A stretch of DNA of 60,473 nt, counting the filler. It is 7 parts of 7 records of this genome, joined end to end, with 100 filler letters (N's around TTAATTAATTAA, not from the genome) between each part and the next. Parts side by side here need not be neighbours in the genome. Positions count along the whole stretch, not along the records: positions 1 to 20,953 come from SRR31156797_23639; 6 more parts are not named here. One strand, written 5' to 3'. The notes beneath the pieces are model-generated. The model was given only the letters and a program-made list of their open reading frames with translations, was not told the DNA's origin and searched no databases. Position numbers and translations under genes: made by a program. This document shows, piece by piece, positions 1 through 9,610 of the stretch (its first letter is position 1; each line of letters starts with the position of its first letter).

Positions 1-1638
1 GCTATTACATCCGGAAATACGCTTGCTATTTTGGCACTTACTTTTGGAATGATTGTAAGTTTCAGAAGGTATTTGAAAAAGCAGGAAAAACCGCAACTCT
101 TGTTGGCTTTTGCCTTAATACTTCTTTGGATATCTGCTTTATTAAATATTTTCGAGCATTCCAATTATCAGGTAAACGTGGGGGAGTTTGAAGAATTAGT
201 TGGAATCCTTTTTATTCCTATTCTTATTTTTTCATTGCATGCAGCCATTATAAATAAAGAGCTTATAAGCAGAAAAAAGAGTGAAAAGAAGTTTAAAGCC
301 ATTTTTAATCAAACTTATTCTTTTATTGGTCTGTTGAGTCCGGATGGAATTTTACTGGACTCCAATACTACAGCGAAAAAATTTGCAGGTTACACAGAAA
401 CAAAACCAGAAGGAACCCATTTTGCAGAAACAAAATGGTGGAATCACTCAGAAATAGAACAACAAAAAATTTACGATGCCATACAAAAAGCACAGCAAGG
501 TGAGATGGTACGTTTTGAAACTACTCACCTTGATGAATTTCATCAAAATCATCATGTTGATTTCTCTTTAAAACCATTATATGATGACCATGGTAGTTTG
601 TTGTACTTGATTCCAGAGGGGCGTGATATTACTGAAATAGTAAATATTCGTTTGGAACTGGAGAAGCATAAAAATAATCTGGAAGAATTAGTGCACGAAA
701 GGACAGAAGAACTGCACGACGCTAATTCTGAAATATCTGCCATGAATGAGGATTTGCAGGAAAAAAATAAAACGTTGGAATCATACAATAATGTATTAGA
801 AGAACACAGACAAAACCTCGAAAATGCATTGAAAAAGTTAAAAGAAGCTCAAAGTTCCTTAATTGAGTCTGAAAAGATGGCTTCAATTGGGGTGTTAACA
901 GCTGGAATTGCACACGAAATAAATAACCCCATCAATTTTATAAGTAGTAATCTAACAGGTTTACAAAAAGTAATTGAACGATTCGATACATTATTTGAGG
1001 CATATAATCAGGTGATTAGTGAACATCAGAATGAAGATCTGGCTAAGGAAATTGAGACCTTGGATAAAACCCATAATAAAAGAGAAAATAAGGAAGCCTT
1101 AAGTATATTAACCAAACATATTCAAACAGGAATTGACAGGACGGTTGAGATTATAAATAGCTTAAAATATTTTTTGCATTCAGAGGAGAGCATTAAATCG
1201 TATGTAAATGTACATGATATTATAAGTTCTGTACTAACGATTCTGCATAATGAGTATAAGCATAAAATTCAAATAGTAGAAGACTTTCAGTTAAAGAGTG
1301 AGATTAAATGTGTGGCAGGGAAAATAAACCAGGTTATTATGAATATTCTGTCTAATGCGATTCAAGCTATTCCTGAAAATGGACATATTTATATTAAAAC
1401 GTGGCAAAAAAACGATGAAATATGTATTTCTATAAAAAATGATGGTGTACCTATTTCTGAAGAAGTTTTACCTAAAATTTTTGACCCCTTTTTTAGCACA
1501 AAACCCGTTGGTAAAGGTACGGGGCTTGGATTATTTATATCATACAATATCATAAAAGATCACAATGGAAAAATCAATGTAATTTCTGATAATGAACACA
1601 CTGAATTTCAGATTTGTTTACCTGTAAATGCTAGTTAG
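1..1638 (+). CDS. Membrane-anchored PAS sensor histidine kinase (5'-partial; frame open to window edge)
   Basis: N-terminal TM segments, PAS/PAC region, coiled coil, H-box AGIAHEINNP, N-box NILSNAIQA, F/G boxes FDPFFSTKPVGKGTGLGL. Confidence 0.9.
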   Translation, partial: AITSGNTLAILALTFGMIVSFRRYLKKQEKPQLLLAFALILLWISALLNIFEHSNYQVNVGEFEELVGILFIPILIFSLHAAIINKELISRKKSEKKFKAIFNQTYSFIGLLSPDGILLDSNTTAKKFAGYTETKPEGTHFAETKWWNHSEIEQQKIYDAIQKAQQGEMVRFETTHLDEFHQNHHVDFSLKPLYDDHGSLLYLIPEGRDITEIVNIRLELEKHKNNLEELVHERTEELHDANSEISAMNEDLQEKNKTLESYNNVLEEHRQNLENALKKLKEAQSSLIESEKMASIGVLTAGIAHEINNPINFISSNLTGLQKVIERFDTLFEAYNQVISEHQNEDLAKEIETLDKTHNKRENKEALSILTKHIQTGIDRTVEIINSLKYFLHSEESIKSYVNVHDIISSVLTILHNEYKHKIQIVEDFQLKSEIKCVAGKINQVIMNILSNAIQAIPENGHIYIKTWQKNDEICISIKNDGVPISEEVLPKIFDPFFSTKPVGKGTGLGLFISYNIIKDHNGKINVISDNEHTEFQICLPVNAS

Positions 1639-1640
1639 TT

Positions 1641-3074
1641 ATGAAGAATTCCGGTATACTCGATATCTTATATCTGGATGATGAACAGATGAATTTAGAT
1701 GGATTCTATTATACATTTATGGATGAATTTAATATTCATACTACCAATTCACCGGAAAAGGCATTTAAACTATTAGAGGAATTTCCAATCAATGTCATTA
1801 TCACAGATCAGAGAATGCCTGAAATGACAGGTACTGAATTTATTAAAAAAGTGAAGGAATCTGATCATTCAGCCGTGTGTATAATATTAACTGCGTACAC
1901 TGATTTAGATGTTATTTTAGAATCTATAAATGCATTAAAAATATTTGGATTCGTTCAAAAGCCATATAATGAGCATGAATTACGTCAACTGCTGAAAAAT
2001 GCATTTGAGAGCTACTTATTGCAAGAAAGGAACCAAAATTTAATTAAGGAACTACAAGAGAAAAATGATAAATTAATTGCTATTCAAAAGCAGTTGGAAG
2101 CTGAAAACATTATTTTAAAGCAAGAGTTTAAATTTAATAAACCGGTTGATTTTATTACAAAGAACAAGACGATGCACAATCTTTTGGCTCAGGTTAGTTT
2201 GGCTGCAGAATCTGATGCACCGGTTTTGCTACAGGGAGAAACCGGTACCGGAAAGGAATTGATTGCACACACTATTCATGAATTAAGCAATCGTAAAGGC
2301 AAATCCATGGTTACGCTAAATTGTGCTGCTCTTCCAGAATTATTAATTGAGAGTGAACTGTTTGGTTACGAAAAAGGAGCTTTTACAGGAGCAACAACTT
2401 CCAAACCAGGGCGGTTTGAATTGGCGGATCAGGGAACTTTATTCTTAGATGAAATTGGAGAATTACCCATGCATCTTCAACCAAAACTTCTTAGAGCTAT
2501 TCAGCAGGGTGAATTTGAACGCCTAGGTGGAACACAAACCATAAAAACCAATGTAAGGATAATTGCAGCAACCAACCGGGATTTAAAGCTTGAAATTCAA
2601 AATAATCGTTTTAGAGATGATTTATTTTATAGAATTAATGTCTTTCATTTTACCATTCCTCCTTTGCGGGAACGAACCGACGATATTTCGTCTTTACTTG
2701 AAGCGTTTATAAGAAAGTTTAATATCAAGTACAAAAAAGATGTTTCTGTTATCCCTAAAAGTACGATAAAATTGTTGTGTAGCTATCATTGGCCAGGAAA
2801 CATAAGAGAACTTGAAAATATTGTAGAACGTGCCATAATAACCAGCCAGTCAAGATCACTTACCATAGAAAACTTTAGCAGTTCTACTGATGTTGCCAAT
2901 ACGAATGAATTACTAAGGTTGATGGATGTTGAAAAGGCACATATTGAAAAAATTCTTCAGCGCACGAACTGGCGAATTAGGGGAGAAGGAGGTGCTGCTG
3001 AAATATTAGATGTGAAGCCTACCACGTTACATAGTAAGATTAAAAAATTAGGTATATCTAAGGATGAATCCTAA
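1641..3074 (+). CDS. Sigma-54-dependent response regulator (REC-AAA+-HTH enhancer-binding protein)
   Basis: REC domain (LDDE, TDQRMP), Walker A GETGTGKE, ESELFGYEKGAFTGA, LFLDEIGE, WPGNIREL, C-terminal HTH WRIRGEGGAAEIL. Confidence 0.95.
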   Translation: MKNSGILDILYLDDEQMNLDGFYYTFMDEFNIHTTNSPEKAFKLLEEFPINVIITDQRMPEMTGTEFIKKVKESDHSAVCIILTAYTDLDVILESINALKIFGFVQKPYNEHELRQLLKNAFESYLLQERNQNLIKELQEKNDKLIAIQKQLEAENIILKQEFKFNKPVDFITKNKTMHNLLAQVSLAAESDAPVLLQGETGTGKELIAHTIHELSNRKGKSMVTLNCAALPELLIESELFGYEKGAFTGATTSKPGRFELADQGTLFLDEIGELPMHLQPKLLRAIQQGEFERLGGTQTIKTNVRIIAATNRDLKLEIQNNRFRDDLFYRINVFHFTIPPLRERTDDISSLLEAFIRKFNIKYKKDVSVIPKSTIKLLCSYHWPGNIRELENIVERAIITSQSRSLTIENFSSSTDVANTNELLRLMDVEKAHIEKILQRTNWRIRGEGGAAEILDVKPTTLHSKIKKLGISKDES

Positions 3075-3100
3075 AAGTAAATAGAACACAACATTTGACT

Positions 3101-3147
3101 AAAAAACGACGATATTTCGCCTATGCAACGAAATATCGTCGTTTTTT
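3101..3147. promoter_or_regulatory. Perfect 19-bp inverted repeat; candidate enhancer (UAS) of the upstream activator and/or intrinsic terminator
   Basis: AAAAAACGACGATATTTCG-N9-CGAAATATCGTCGTTTTTT, 60-110 bp upstream of a sigma-54-like promoter; ends in a T run. Confidence 0.6.
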
Positions 3148-3207
3148 TCTTTATGACCGTAAGTTCGCAGGCTGTTAATGTGCAGGTAATGTGAGTGATA
3201 CGATTTT

Positions 3208-3222
3208 TGGCAAAGAGCTTGA
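3208..3222 (+). promoter_or_regulatory. Putative sigma-54 (-24/-12) promoter
   Basis: TGGCAAAGAGCTTGA is GG-N10-GA, against consensus TGGCAC-N5-TTGC; lies right after an enhancer-binding protein gene and before the next operon. Confidence 0.6.
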
Positions 3223-3239
3223 TTTGAAAATCGAAACTG

Positions 3240-3578
3240 TTGCTTATGAATTTATTACACACCACAGTTATAAAAGAAAATGATTTTAATTCAGTTATTC
3301 AGCTCAATAAAGGTTTTGCGCTGATTGAGTTTTGTAGTTCTTCCAGTGGTTGGAGCATTGTAATGTTAAATCAGATAAGTAAGTCTAATAATTCCTGTAT
3401 AAAAGGAATTAATTTTTATCAGATAAATATCGATACTTCTCCAGGCCTTATAGGAAAATACAGAATTACAACCCTTCCTAAATATCTACTCTACAAAAAT
3501 CAAAAGTTTATCTGCTCATTCGAAGGCCTTAAATCAATCAGGGAATTGGAGACGATATTAAAAACAGCATGTGAATAA
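3240..3578 (+). CDS. Thioredoxin-fold protein lacking the CxxC motif
   Basis: Trx-like pattern (LIEF..., FYQINIDTSPGLIGKYRITTLP, FEGLKSIREL) with SGWS where CGPC is expected. Start may be ATG 3246. Confidence 0.7.
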   Translation: MLMNLLHTTVIKENDFNSVIQLNKGFALIEFCSSSSGWSIVMLNQISKSNNSCIKGINFYQINIDTSPGLIGKYRITTLPKYLLYKNQKFICSFEGLKSIRELETILKTACE

Positions 3579-3594
3579 TCCCAAATATATTATT

Positions 3595-4860
3595 ATGAAA
3601 ACATTTTTATTATCAATACTGTTATCAATGCTTTTTAGTGGTATTCAGGCGCAATTCAAGATTAGCTCTGAATATCGAATGAGGTCAGAGTACAAGGATG
3701 GATTAAGAACACTTTCTGATGAAAGTACTTCACCGGCCTTGGTTTCGAGCCAAAGAACCAGACTAAACTTAGACTATCAGAAAGATGCCTTACAAATTTA
3801 TTTATCAGTTCAGGATGTTAGAGTTTGGGGAGAAATACCTCATAAAACAGATGTTCCATCTATTGCTTTGCATCAGGCTTATGCCAAATATCAAATCGAT
3901 TCGAAGTTAGCAGTAAAACTTGGGCGTCAAATGTTGACCTATGATAATAAATATTTGCTTGGTGCTAAAAACTGGAATAACGTTGCCGTAGCTCATGATA
4001 TCGCTTTATTGCAGTATAAAGCAAATAAAACAGAAGCACATGCCGGACTTGCTTTTAATAATGAATCAGATGTTTTGTTTGAATCAGACTACAGCATTAA
4101 TTTCTACAAGTATCTTGGTGTTTTTTGGTTGCATCATTCATTTAGTGAGAAGCTCAATGTTTCGTTGCTTAATTATTATGAAGGTTACCAAAAACAAGGT
4201 GATTTTAACACAACATATACACGAGGAACGATAGGTCCGTTTTTGAAGTTTTCGTCATCGGTATTTGAGTTAAGCTTTGCTCCTTATTATCAATTTGGAA
4301 AATCAAAAAACGGACAAAAAGTAGCGGCATATTTTATTCACTTTGAGCCAAGCCTGAAGTTAAATGAAAAAATAAAGCTAACTGCTGGTTTAGATTATTT
4401 GTCAGGCGATGATGCTACGAATGATAACAACGAAGCCAATACATTCTCAAATCCTTACGGAGATGGTCATGCGTACTATGGCTTAATGGACTATTTTACA
4501 AACATTGAGAAAAACACGAAAAATGGTGGATTAAGTGATGTATACGTAAAAATAAATTTTCAGGCATCAAAGAAATCAACGCTTCATGCAGCCGTACACC
4601 AGTTTGCATTAAGTAATCATATTTTGGATAACAGCGACCCTCTTAATCCAATTGTTCCAGATAAAAAACTAGGAACAGAACTAGACTTGTTTTGGAAATA
4701 TAAATTCTATCCTGCTTCAACACTTATGTTAGGATACTCAAGCATGTTTGCAAGTGAAACTATGGAAGTATTAAAAGGAGGCGATTCTGATAAGATGCAA
4801 CATTGGTTATATGTAAGCATTCAATTTAAACCAACCTTATTTAATTCAGAAAATAAATAA
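3595..4860 (+). CDS. Alginate-export-family outer-membrane beta-barrel protein
   Basis: Signal peptide [19 protein letters not shown], motifs [42 protein letters not shown] 3595 preferred over GTG 3571. Confidence 0.8.
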   Translation: MKTFLLSILLSMLFSGIQAQFKISSEYRMRSEYKDGLRTLSDESTSPALVSSQRTRLNLDYQKDALQIYLSVQDVRVWGEIPHKTDVPSIALHQAYAKYQIDSKLAVKLGRQMLTYDNKYLLGAKNWNNVAVAHDIALLQYKANKTEAHAGLAFNNESDVLFESDYSINFYKYLGVFWLHHSFSEKLNVSLLNYYEGYQKQGDFNTTYTRGTIGPFLKFSSSVFELSFAPYYQFGKSKNGQKVAAYFIHFEPSLKLNEKIKLTAGLDYLSGDDATNDNNEANTFSNPYGDGHAYYGLMDYFTNIEKNTKNGGLSDVYVKINFQASKKSTLHAAVHQFALSNHILDNSDPLNPIVPDKKLGTELDLFWKYKFYPASTLMLGYSSMFASETMEVLKGGDSDKMQHWLYVSIQFKPTLFNSENK

Positions 4861-4886
4861 AAAAAATATACAGGAGGAGCTATAAT

Positions 4887-6602
4887 ATGAAAGCAATTGA
4901 CAATTTAAAAATAGGAACAAGACTATTTTCCTTTTTCTCATTAGCTATATTGTTAATGATAATTGGATTTACCTTTACCTTATTTCAAACACAAAGAATC
5001 AAAAAACAAATCGATTTAATTTACAACGAAAATCTGGTTAGTATCGACTTTTTGCTTCAGGCAGATCGTGATGCATATCAATCTAGTATTAGTCTAAGTC
5101 AGGTAATGTCACCTACTATACAAGCCGATGCTGAAAAGATCACACCTTACCTTGAAAGTGTAATTGAAAACCTTCAACAAGTGGACGAGCGATTCACTAA
5201 ATTTTTAGATATTTCTGATGCTGCACATAATCAAGAAAATAAGGCCATTGTCGATCAGTTTAGTAATTCGTATGCAGAAGTTGAAAAATTAACCAAGCAA
5301 CTTATTCTTTTAATAGAAAATAAGCAACTCGAAAGTGCTCAGGAGATTTATTTTTCCTACTATAGTAGTGATTTTGAAAGTATGCGAAATGCGATGGATG
5401 TTTTTACTGAAATTACGCAAAAGGAAGCTGATACAGCCTATAGTTCAAGTGTTAGTTTGAGTAATACAATTACAACAAATACCATCATTATCGTTTTGCT
5501 TATTATAGCAGTTATTGCATTAGGAGCATTTATTATTACAAGAAGTATTACCCGTCCATTATTTGAAGCAGTAAAACTAACGAGTGAAATATCTGCTGGT
5601 AAACTATTCGTTAAAGTAAAGGAATCACTGGTTGTTAGAAAAGATGAGATTGGACAGTTGATGTTGAGTGTTAAGGATATGATTACTAATTTAAGTAGAA
5701 TAGTTGAAACAATTCAATCTAATTCAGAACAGGTGGCTTCTGCCAGTACAGAACTTCAAAGTACATCTGAACAATTATCCAGAAGTTCTAATGATCAGGC
5801 ATGTTCTGTAGAAGAAGTTTCATCAACCATGGAAGAAATTTCATCCAATATTGCTCAAAACTCAGATAATGCAAAAGAAACTGAGAAGATTTCCAAGACC
5901 TCAGCCAAAGAAATTGAAAAAGTAGCCACAGCTTCAAAAGAAAGCTTACAATCTATTAATACAATATCCGAAAAAATCACTATTATTAATGATATTGCTT
6001 TTCAAACAAATATTTTAGCTTTAAATGCTGCAGTTGAAGCAGCCAGAGCAGGTGAACATGGTAGAGGTTTTGCGGTGGTTGCTGCTGAAGTTAGAAAGTT
6101 AGCTGAAAACAGTAAAAAGGCGGCTGATGAAATAATTACTTTAAGTGAAAAGAGTGTTGAAATTACCAATGTAGCCGGAGAAATGATGGATAGGTTACTG
6201 CCAGATGTAGGACAAACCGCACATTTGGTGCAGGAAATCTCATCAGCGAGTCAGGAGCAAAGTAATGGAGTTGAGCAAGTGAATAATGCCATTCAGCAAT
6301 TGAATGCCATTACACAACAAAATGCCTCATCTTCGGAACAGCTGGCATCCAGTTCTGAGGAATTGTCAAAACAAGCAGAAGAGTTATTAGGAGTAGTTTC
6401 CTTTTTTCAATTGAAAGAAGGCATGGTAAAAAATTCTCCGGAAGTAACTTATGAAAGGCATACAGATATTTTACCTACTGTAAAACTTGAAAAACATAGT
6501 GATGCAGAGCCTATGCATGATAAAGAAATTAAGAAAAAGGATTCAGGTGTATCATTAAAACTAAATATTGATGATGACACTAAAGATTACGATAAATTTT
6601 AA
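4887..6602 (+). CDS. Methyl-accepting chemotaxis protein (4HB sensor, HAMP, signalling domain)
   Basis: Two TM helices, HAMP (RKDEIGQL), hairpin [38 protein letters not shown]-terminal pentapeptide DYDKF; RBS AGGAGG. Confidence 0.95.
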   Translation: MKAIDNLKIGTRLFSFFSLAILLMIIGFTFTLFQTQRIKKQIDLIYNENLVSIDFLLQADRDAYQSSISLSQVMSPTIQADAEKITPYLESVIENLQQVDERFTKFLDISDAAHNQENKAIVDQFSNSYAEVEKLTKQLILLIENKQLESAQEIYFSYYSSDFESMRNAMDVFTEITQKEADTAYSSSVSLSNTITTNTIIIVLLIIAVIALGAFIITRSITRPLFEAVKLTSEISAGKLFVKVKESLVVRKDEIGQLMLSVKDMITNLSRIVETIQSNSEQVASASTELQSTSEQLSRSSNDQACSVEEVSSTMEEISSNIAQNSDNAKETEKISKTSAKEIEKVATASKESLQSINTISEKITIINDIAFQTNILALNAAVEAARAGEHGRGFAVVAAEVRKLAENSKKAADEIITLSEKSVEITNVAGEMMDRLLPDVGQTAHLVQEISSASQEQSNGVEQVNNAIQQLNAITQQNASSSEQLASSSEELSKQAEELLGVVSFFQLKEGMVKNSPEVTYERHTDILPTVKLEKHSDAEPMHDKEIKKKDSGVSLKLNIDDDTKDYDKF

Positions 6603-6616
6603 ATACGATATTAAAC

Positions 6617-6651
6617 AAAACCGGGTAGTTAATTATTAACTATTCGGTTTT
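6617..6651 (+). terminator. Hairpin after the MCP gene (terminator or attenuator)
   Basis: AAAACCGGGTAGTTAA-TTA-TTAACTATTCGGTTTT, stem with G-U pairs. Confidence 0.55.
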
Positions 6652-6663
6652 AAATAAGTATAT

Positions 6664-7860
6664 ATGAATTCTTTAAATAAGCCTCACATATTATATGTAG
6701 ATGATGAAAAAGAAAACTTAGATGGATTCTATTTCTCATTTAAATATGACTATGAAATATTTATTGCCCAACACCTTCATGAAGTAAATGAAATACTAAG
6801 TCAACAAAGTATTGAAGTTGTTTTAATAGATCAGAAAATGCCGGAAATTTCTGGTATAGAAATGATAAAACAACTTAAACAATCCTATCCGGATATTAGC
6901 TACATTCTGATGACAGCCTACGCTTCGCTACAAGATGCTTTACAAGCGATTAATGAAGCTAACATCTTTAGGTTTATAAGTAAGCCCTGGACGTATAACC
7001 AAATCAATGCTACTCTAAGCGAAGCTATTGAATACTATAGAATCAAGCAGCAGAATAAATCGTTAATCCAAGAGCTAAAAGAGCAAAATCAGAAACTTCA
7101 GGTAGCTTATGACAAAGTAGCTAAAACCGATAGCTTAAAAACGGCATTCCTTAATAATTTATCTCATGAGGTGCGAACGCCTCTTAATGCAATTGTAGGA
7201 TTTTCTAATTTAATGTCGGATCCTGATCTCGAAAAAGAAGACCAAATAGAGTATGGTAAGATCATTCAACAACGATCAAACGATCTATTAAAAATTATAG
7301 ATAATACTATCACTGTATCGCAATTGGAAACCAATCAATTAGAGGTGCACTGTAGTTCCTTTAACTCTAATATGTTATTGACTGAATTATACGCCGAATT
7401 TGAAGACTTAAATCACAACATTAATCTTACAGTTAAAACCAGTGAAAGTACTACAAATGCAGTAATTCATACCGATAGAGACCTGCTTAAAAAAATCTTT
7501 TCGCAATTGCTGGAAAATGCATACAAATTCACTAATTCCGGAAATATTACGTATGGCTTATGTATGCTCACTTTTAAAGAACTGAAGCAAGAAGGTTTTT
7601 ATTTTAAAAATATAAATGGTGCGGAAAACCAAAAGAGAGTATTTTATTTTGTGGAAGATACTGGAATTGGAATAGAACCTTCTTGTCAACATGAGATATT
7701 CAAGCCATTTAGAAAATTATCAGATGATAAGCATGAAGTGGTTAGTGGCATAGGTCTTGGTTTATACACTTGTAATAAGCTCATAAAACTTCTTGGTGGA
7801 GAGTTGGCACTTTCATCTATTGTAAATAAAGGTTCCCGTTTCTTTTTCTACTTGGGTTAA
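6664..7860 (+). CDS. REC-HisKA-HATPase hybrid histidine kinase
   Basis: N-terminal REC (YVDDE, IDQKMP), H-box LSHEVRTPLN, ENAYKFT, DTGIGI, GIGLGL. Confidence 0.9.
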   Translation: MNSLNKPHILYVDDEKENLDGFYFSFKYDYEIFIAQHLHEVNEILSQQSIEVVLIDQKMPEISGIEMIKQLKQSYPDISYILMTAYASLQDALQAINEANIFRFISKPWTYNQINATLSEAIEYYRIKQQNKSLIQELKEQNQKLQVAYDKVAKTDSLKTAFLNNLSHEVRTPLNAIVGFSNLMSDPDLEKEDQIEYGKIIQQRSNDLLKIIDNTITVSQLETNQLEVHCSSFNSNMLLTELYAEFEDLNHNINLTVKTSESTTNAVIHTDRDLLKKIFSQLLENAYKFTNSGNITYGLCMLTFKELKQEGFYFKNINGAENQKRVFYFVEDTGIGIEPSCQHEIFKPFRKLSDDKHEVVSGIGLGLYTCNKLIKLLGGELALSSIVNKGSRFFFYLG

Positions 7861-8157
7861 ATTTTTATTACCCATTCTGCGTAAGTAATCCTTTCCTTTT
7901 TATTCTTTCCTTATTGTAGAGTAATCTGCATTGAACTGGCAAACATGTGTTTTATAGCTAGTGTCCTGTATGTGCATTTATAATATCAATGCATTAACTA
8001 AACTATTTATCATAGTAGACCTGGGACTTCAATCTTCTCTTTGTCAAATATTTTTTGTTAGTCAAATCGACTATTAAAAGCGGTTTCGATTTTGTAACAA
8101 TCAGATATATAGAGGTAAGGGATGGTTTTTGGTAAGTTTTTTCAATACTAACATCCT

Positions 8158-8297
8158 TTAACACAATTAAGACTAGAAACTCTTTTTTTAACATTTGTAA
8201 TCAGATATTCTAATGATTTGTTAAATAAATGACCATTTGTTAATGACTGTAGCTAATGTTAATTCAATGTTAAGATAATGTTTCGGAAATATTAACA
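8158..8297. promoter_or_regulatory. Cluster of seven TGTTAA/TTAACA hexamers (candidate transcription-factor sites)
   Basis: TTAACA at 8158, 8188 and 8292; TGTTAA at 8219, 8238, 8257 and 8268; upstream of the two secreted paralogues. Confidence 0.4.
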
Positions 8298-8445
8298 AGA
8301 GCTATTTTTTAGACAAGTTCTTAAATAAAATTAAAAGCGATATGGCCATACCCCCCTTTTTTGCAATCACCTCACGACAAGTATATACTTTTACAATGTC
8401 GATAAGATTAAAAAACGACACTAACACAAAATAAAACTAAAAAAC

Positions 8446-8817
8446 ATGAAAACAACTACAACTATTAAAGGATACGCATTGGGAGTGATGCTATTCTTAG
8501 CTACCACAGTTGCAAGTGCAGGAAATGGAGGTAAAACAGCAGGCGATGTTTCTGTGGTTCCTTACTTAAACACAGATTACTCTTTACTATCGTTTATAAA
8601 TATTGAAACAAAAGCCAAACTAAGTATTGTAAATGAAGAAGGCATTACCTTATATACTCAGTGGGTAAATAAAGCTTCTTCTGCGCAAAAAGTTCTTGAT
8701 TTTTCAAAATTAGATGATGGTAAGTATAAAGCAGTTTTAAAATCTAAAGGAGCAGATGCTGTAACACATTCATTTGAGATTAAGAATAAAAAGATTGCTA
8801 AAGTGAGTGAAGCTTAA
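8446..8817 (+). CDS. Small secreted beta-rich protein (single Ig-like / T9SS-CTD-like domain)
   Basis: Signal peptide; QKVLDFSKLDDGKY motif; clear paralogue of the next gene. Confidence 0.75.
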   Translation: MKTTTTIKGYALGVMLFLATTVASAGNGGKTAGDVSVVPYLNTDYSLLSFINIETKAKLSIVNEEGITLYTQWVNKASSAQKVLDFSKLDDGKYKAVLKSKGADAVTHSFEIKNKKIAKVSEA

Positions 8818-8861
8818 AAAAGATACTAAAGAATTATTCAATTATTTTAATAAAACCAATC

Positions 8862-9491
8862 ATGATGAAAACAAACAAAACAATGAAAAGATGGACATTG
8901 GGAGTAATGTTAGTCTTTATTGCGTCAGGAGTATTTGCTGGTGAAGGAGGAAAAGCCGTAGGCAACCTTTCTGTTCTTCCATATTTAGATACAGATTATT
9001 CTGTAGTGTCTTTTGCAAACCTTGCAGACAAATCAGCTAAGTTTAGTATTGTTGATGTTGAAGGAGTTACCATTTACAAAGAATGGGTAAGCAAAGAAGG
9101 TTATTCACAAAAAGTACTTGATTTCTCAAACTTAAAGGATGGTGAATATACTGCGGTATTGAGCGCTAAGGGTGCTTTAGATGTAAGCAAAACTTTTGAA
9201 GTGAAAGATCACAAACTGGTTTCTGCAAAACAGATTGTAGTAACTCCAGAGGAAGTAAAAGCATTTTTCAATATTGTTGAAAACACGCTTTATGTAAGTC
9301 ATCTTTCTTTTGGAAGTAATTCTTTCGGTATTTCTATTGATGATGCTTTTGGAGATAAAATTTATAACAATGAGTTTCTTGGCAATAAGGCCTACTCAGG
9401 TAAATTTGATATTTCGGCACTACCAAAAGGAGAATATACTGTAAGCATTAATTCAGGAAGTAAAGAGTATAGCTATGATTTCAGAAAGTAA
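8862..9491 (+). CDS. Secreted protein with two tandem Ig-like / T9SS-CTD-like domains
   Basis: Signal peptide; QKVLDFSNLKDGEY and GKFDISALPKGEYTVSI repeats. Confidence 0.75.
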   Translation: MMKTNKTMKRWTLGVMLVFIASGVFAGEGGKAVGNLSVLPYLDTDYSVVSFANLADKSAKFSIVDVEGVTIYKEWVSKEGYSQKVLDFSNLKDGEYTAVLSAKGALDVSKTFEVKDHKLVSAKQIVVTPEEVKAFFNIVENTLYVSHLSFGSNSFGISIDDAFGDKIYNNEFLGNKAYSGKFDISALPKGEYTVSINSGSKEYSYDFRK

Positions 9492-9546
9492 CAACGATCA
9501 AGGTGACCAAAGTGGCCAAGTAAACACAATAGTCACTGTATTTTAT

Positions 9547-9586
9547 AAACGCGTATCTCCATTATTTTAAGAGATACGCGTTTTTT
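9547..9586. terminator. Intrinsic terminator between convergent genes
   Basis: AAACGCGTATCTC-N11-GAGATACGCGTTT followed by further T residues. Confidence 0.8.
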
Positions 9587-9610
9587 GCTTTAAATATGTA
9601 AGGGAATAGT

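Noticed and set aside
3240-3578. Selenocysteine recoding in the Cys-less thioredoxin
   Set aside because: The codons at the motif are AGT and AGC; there is no in-frame TGA.
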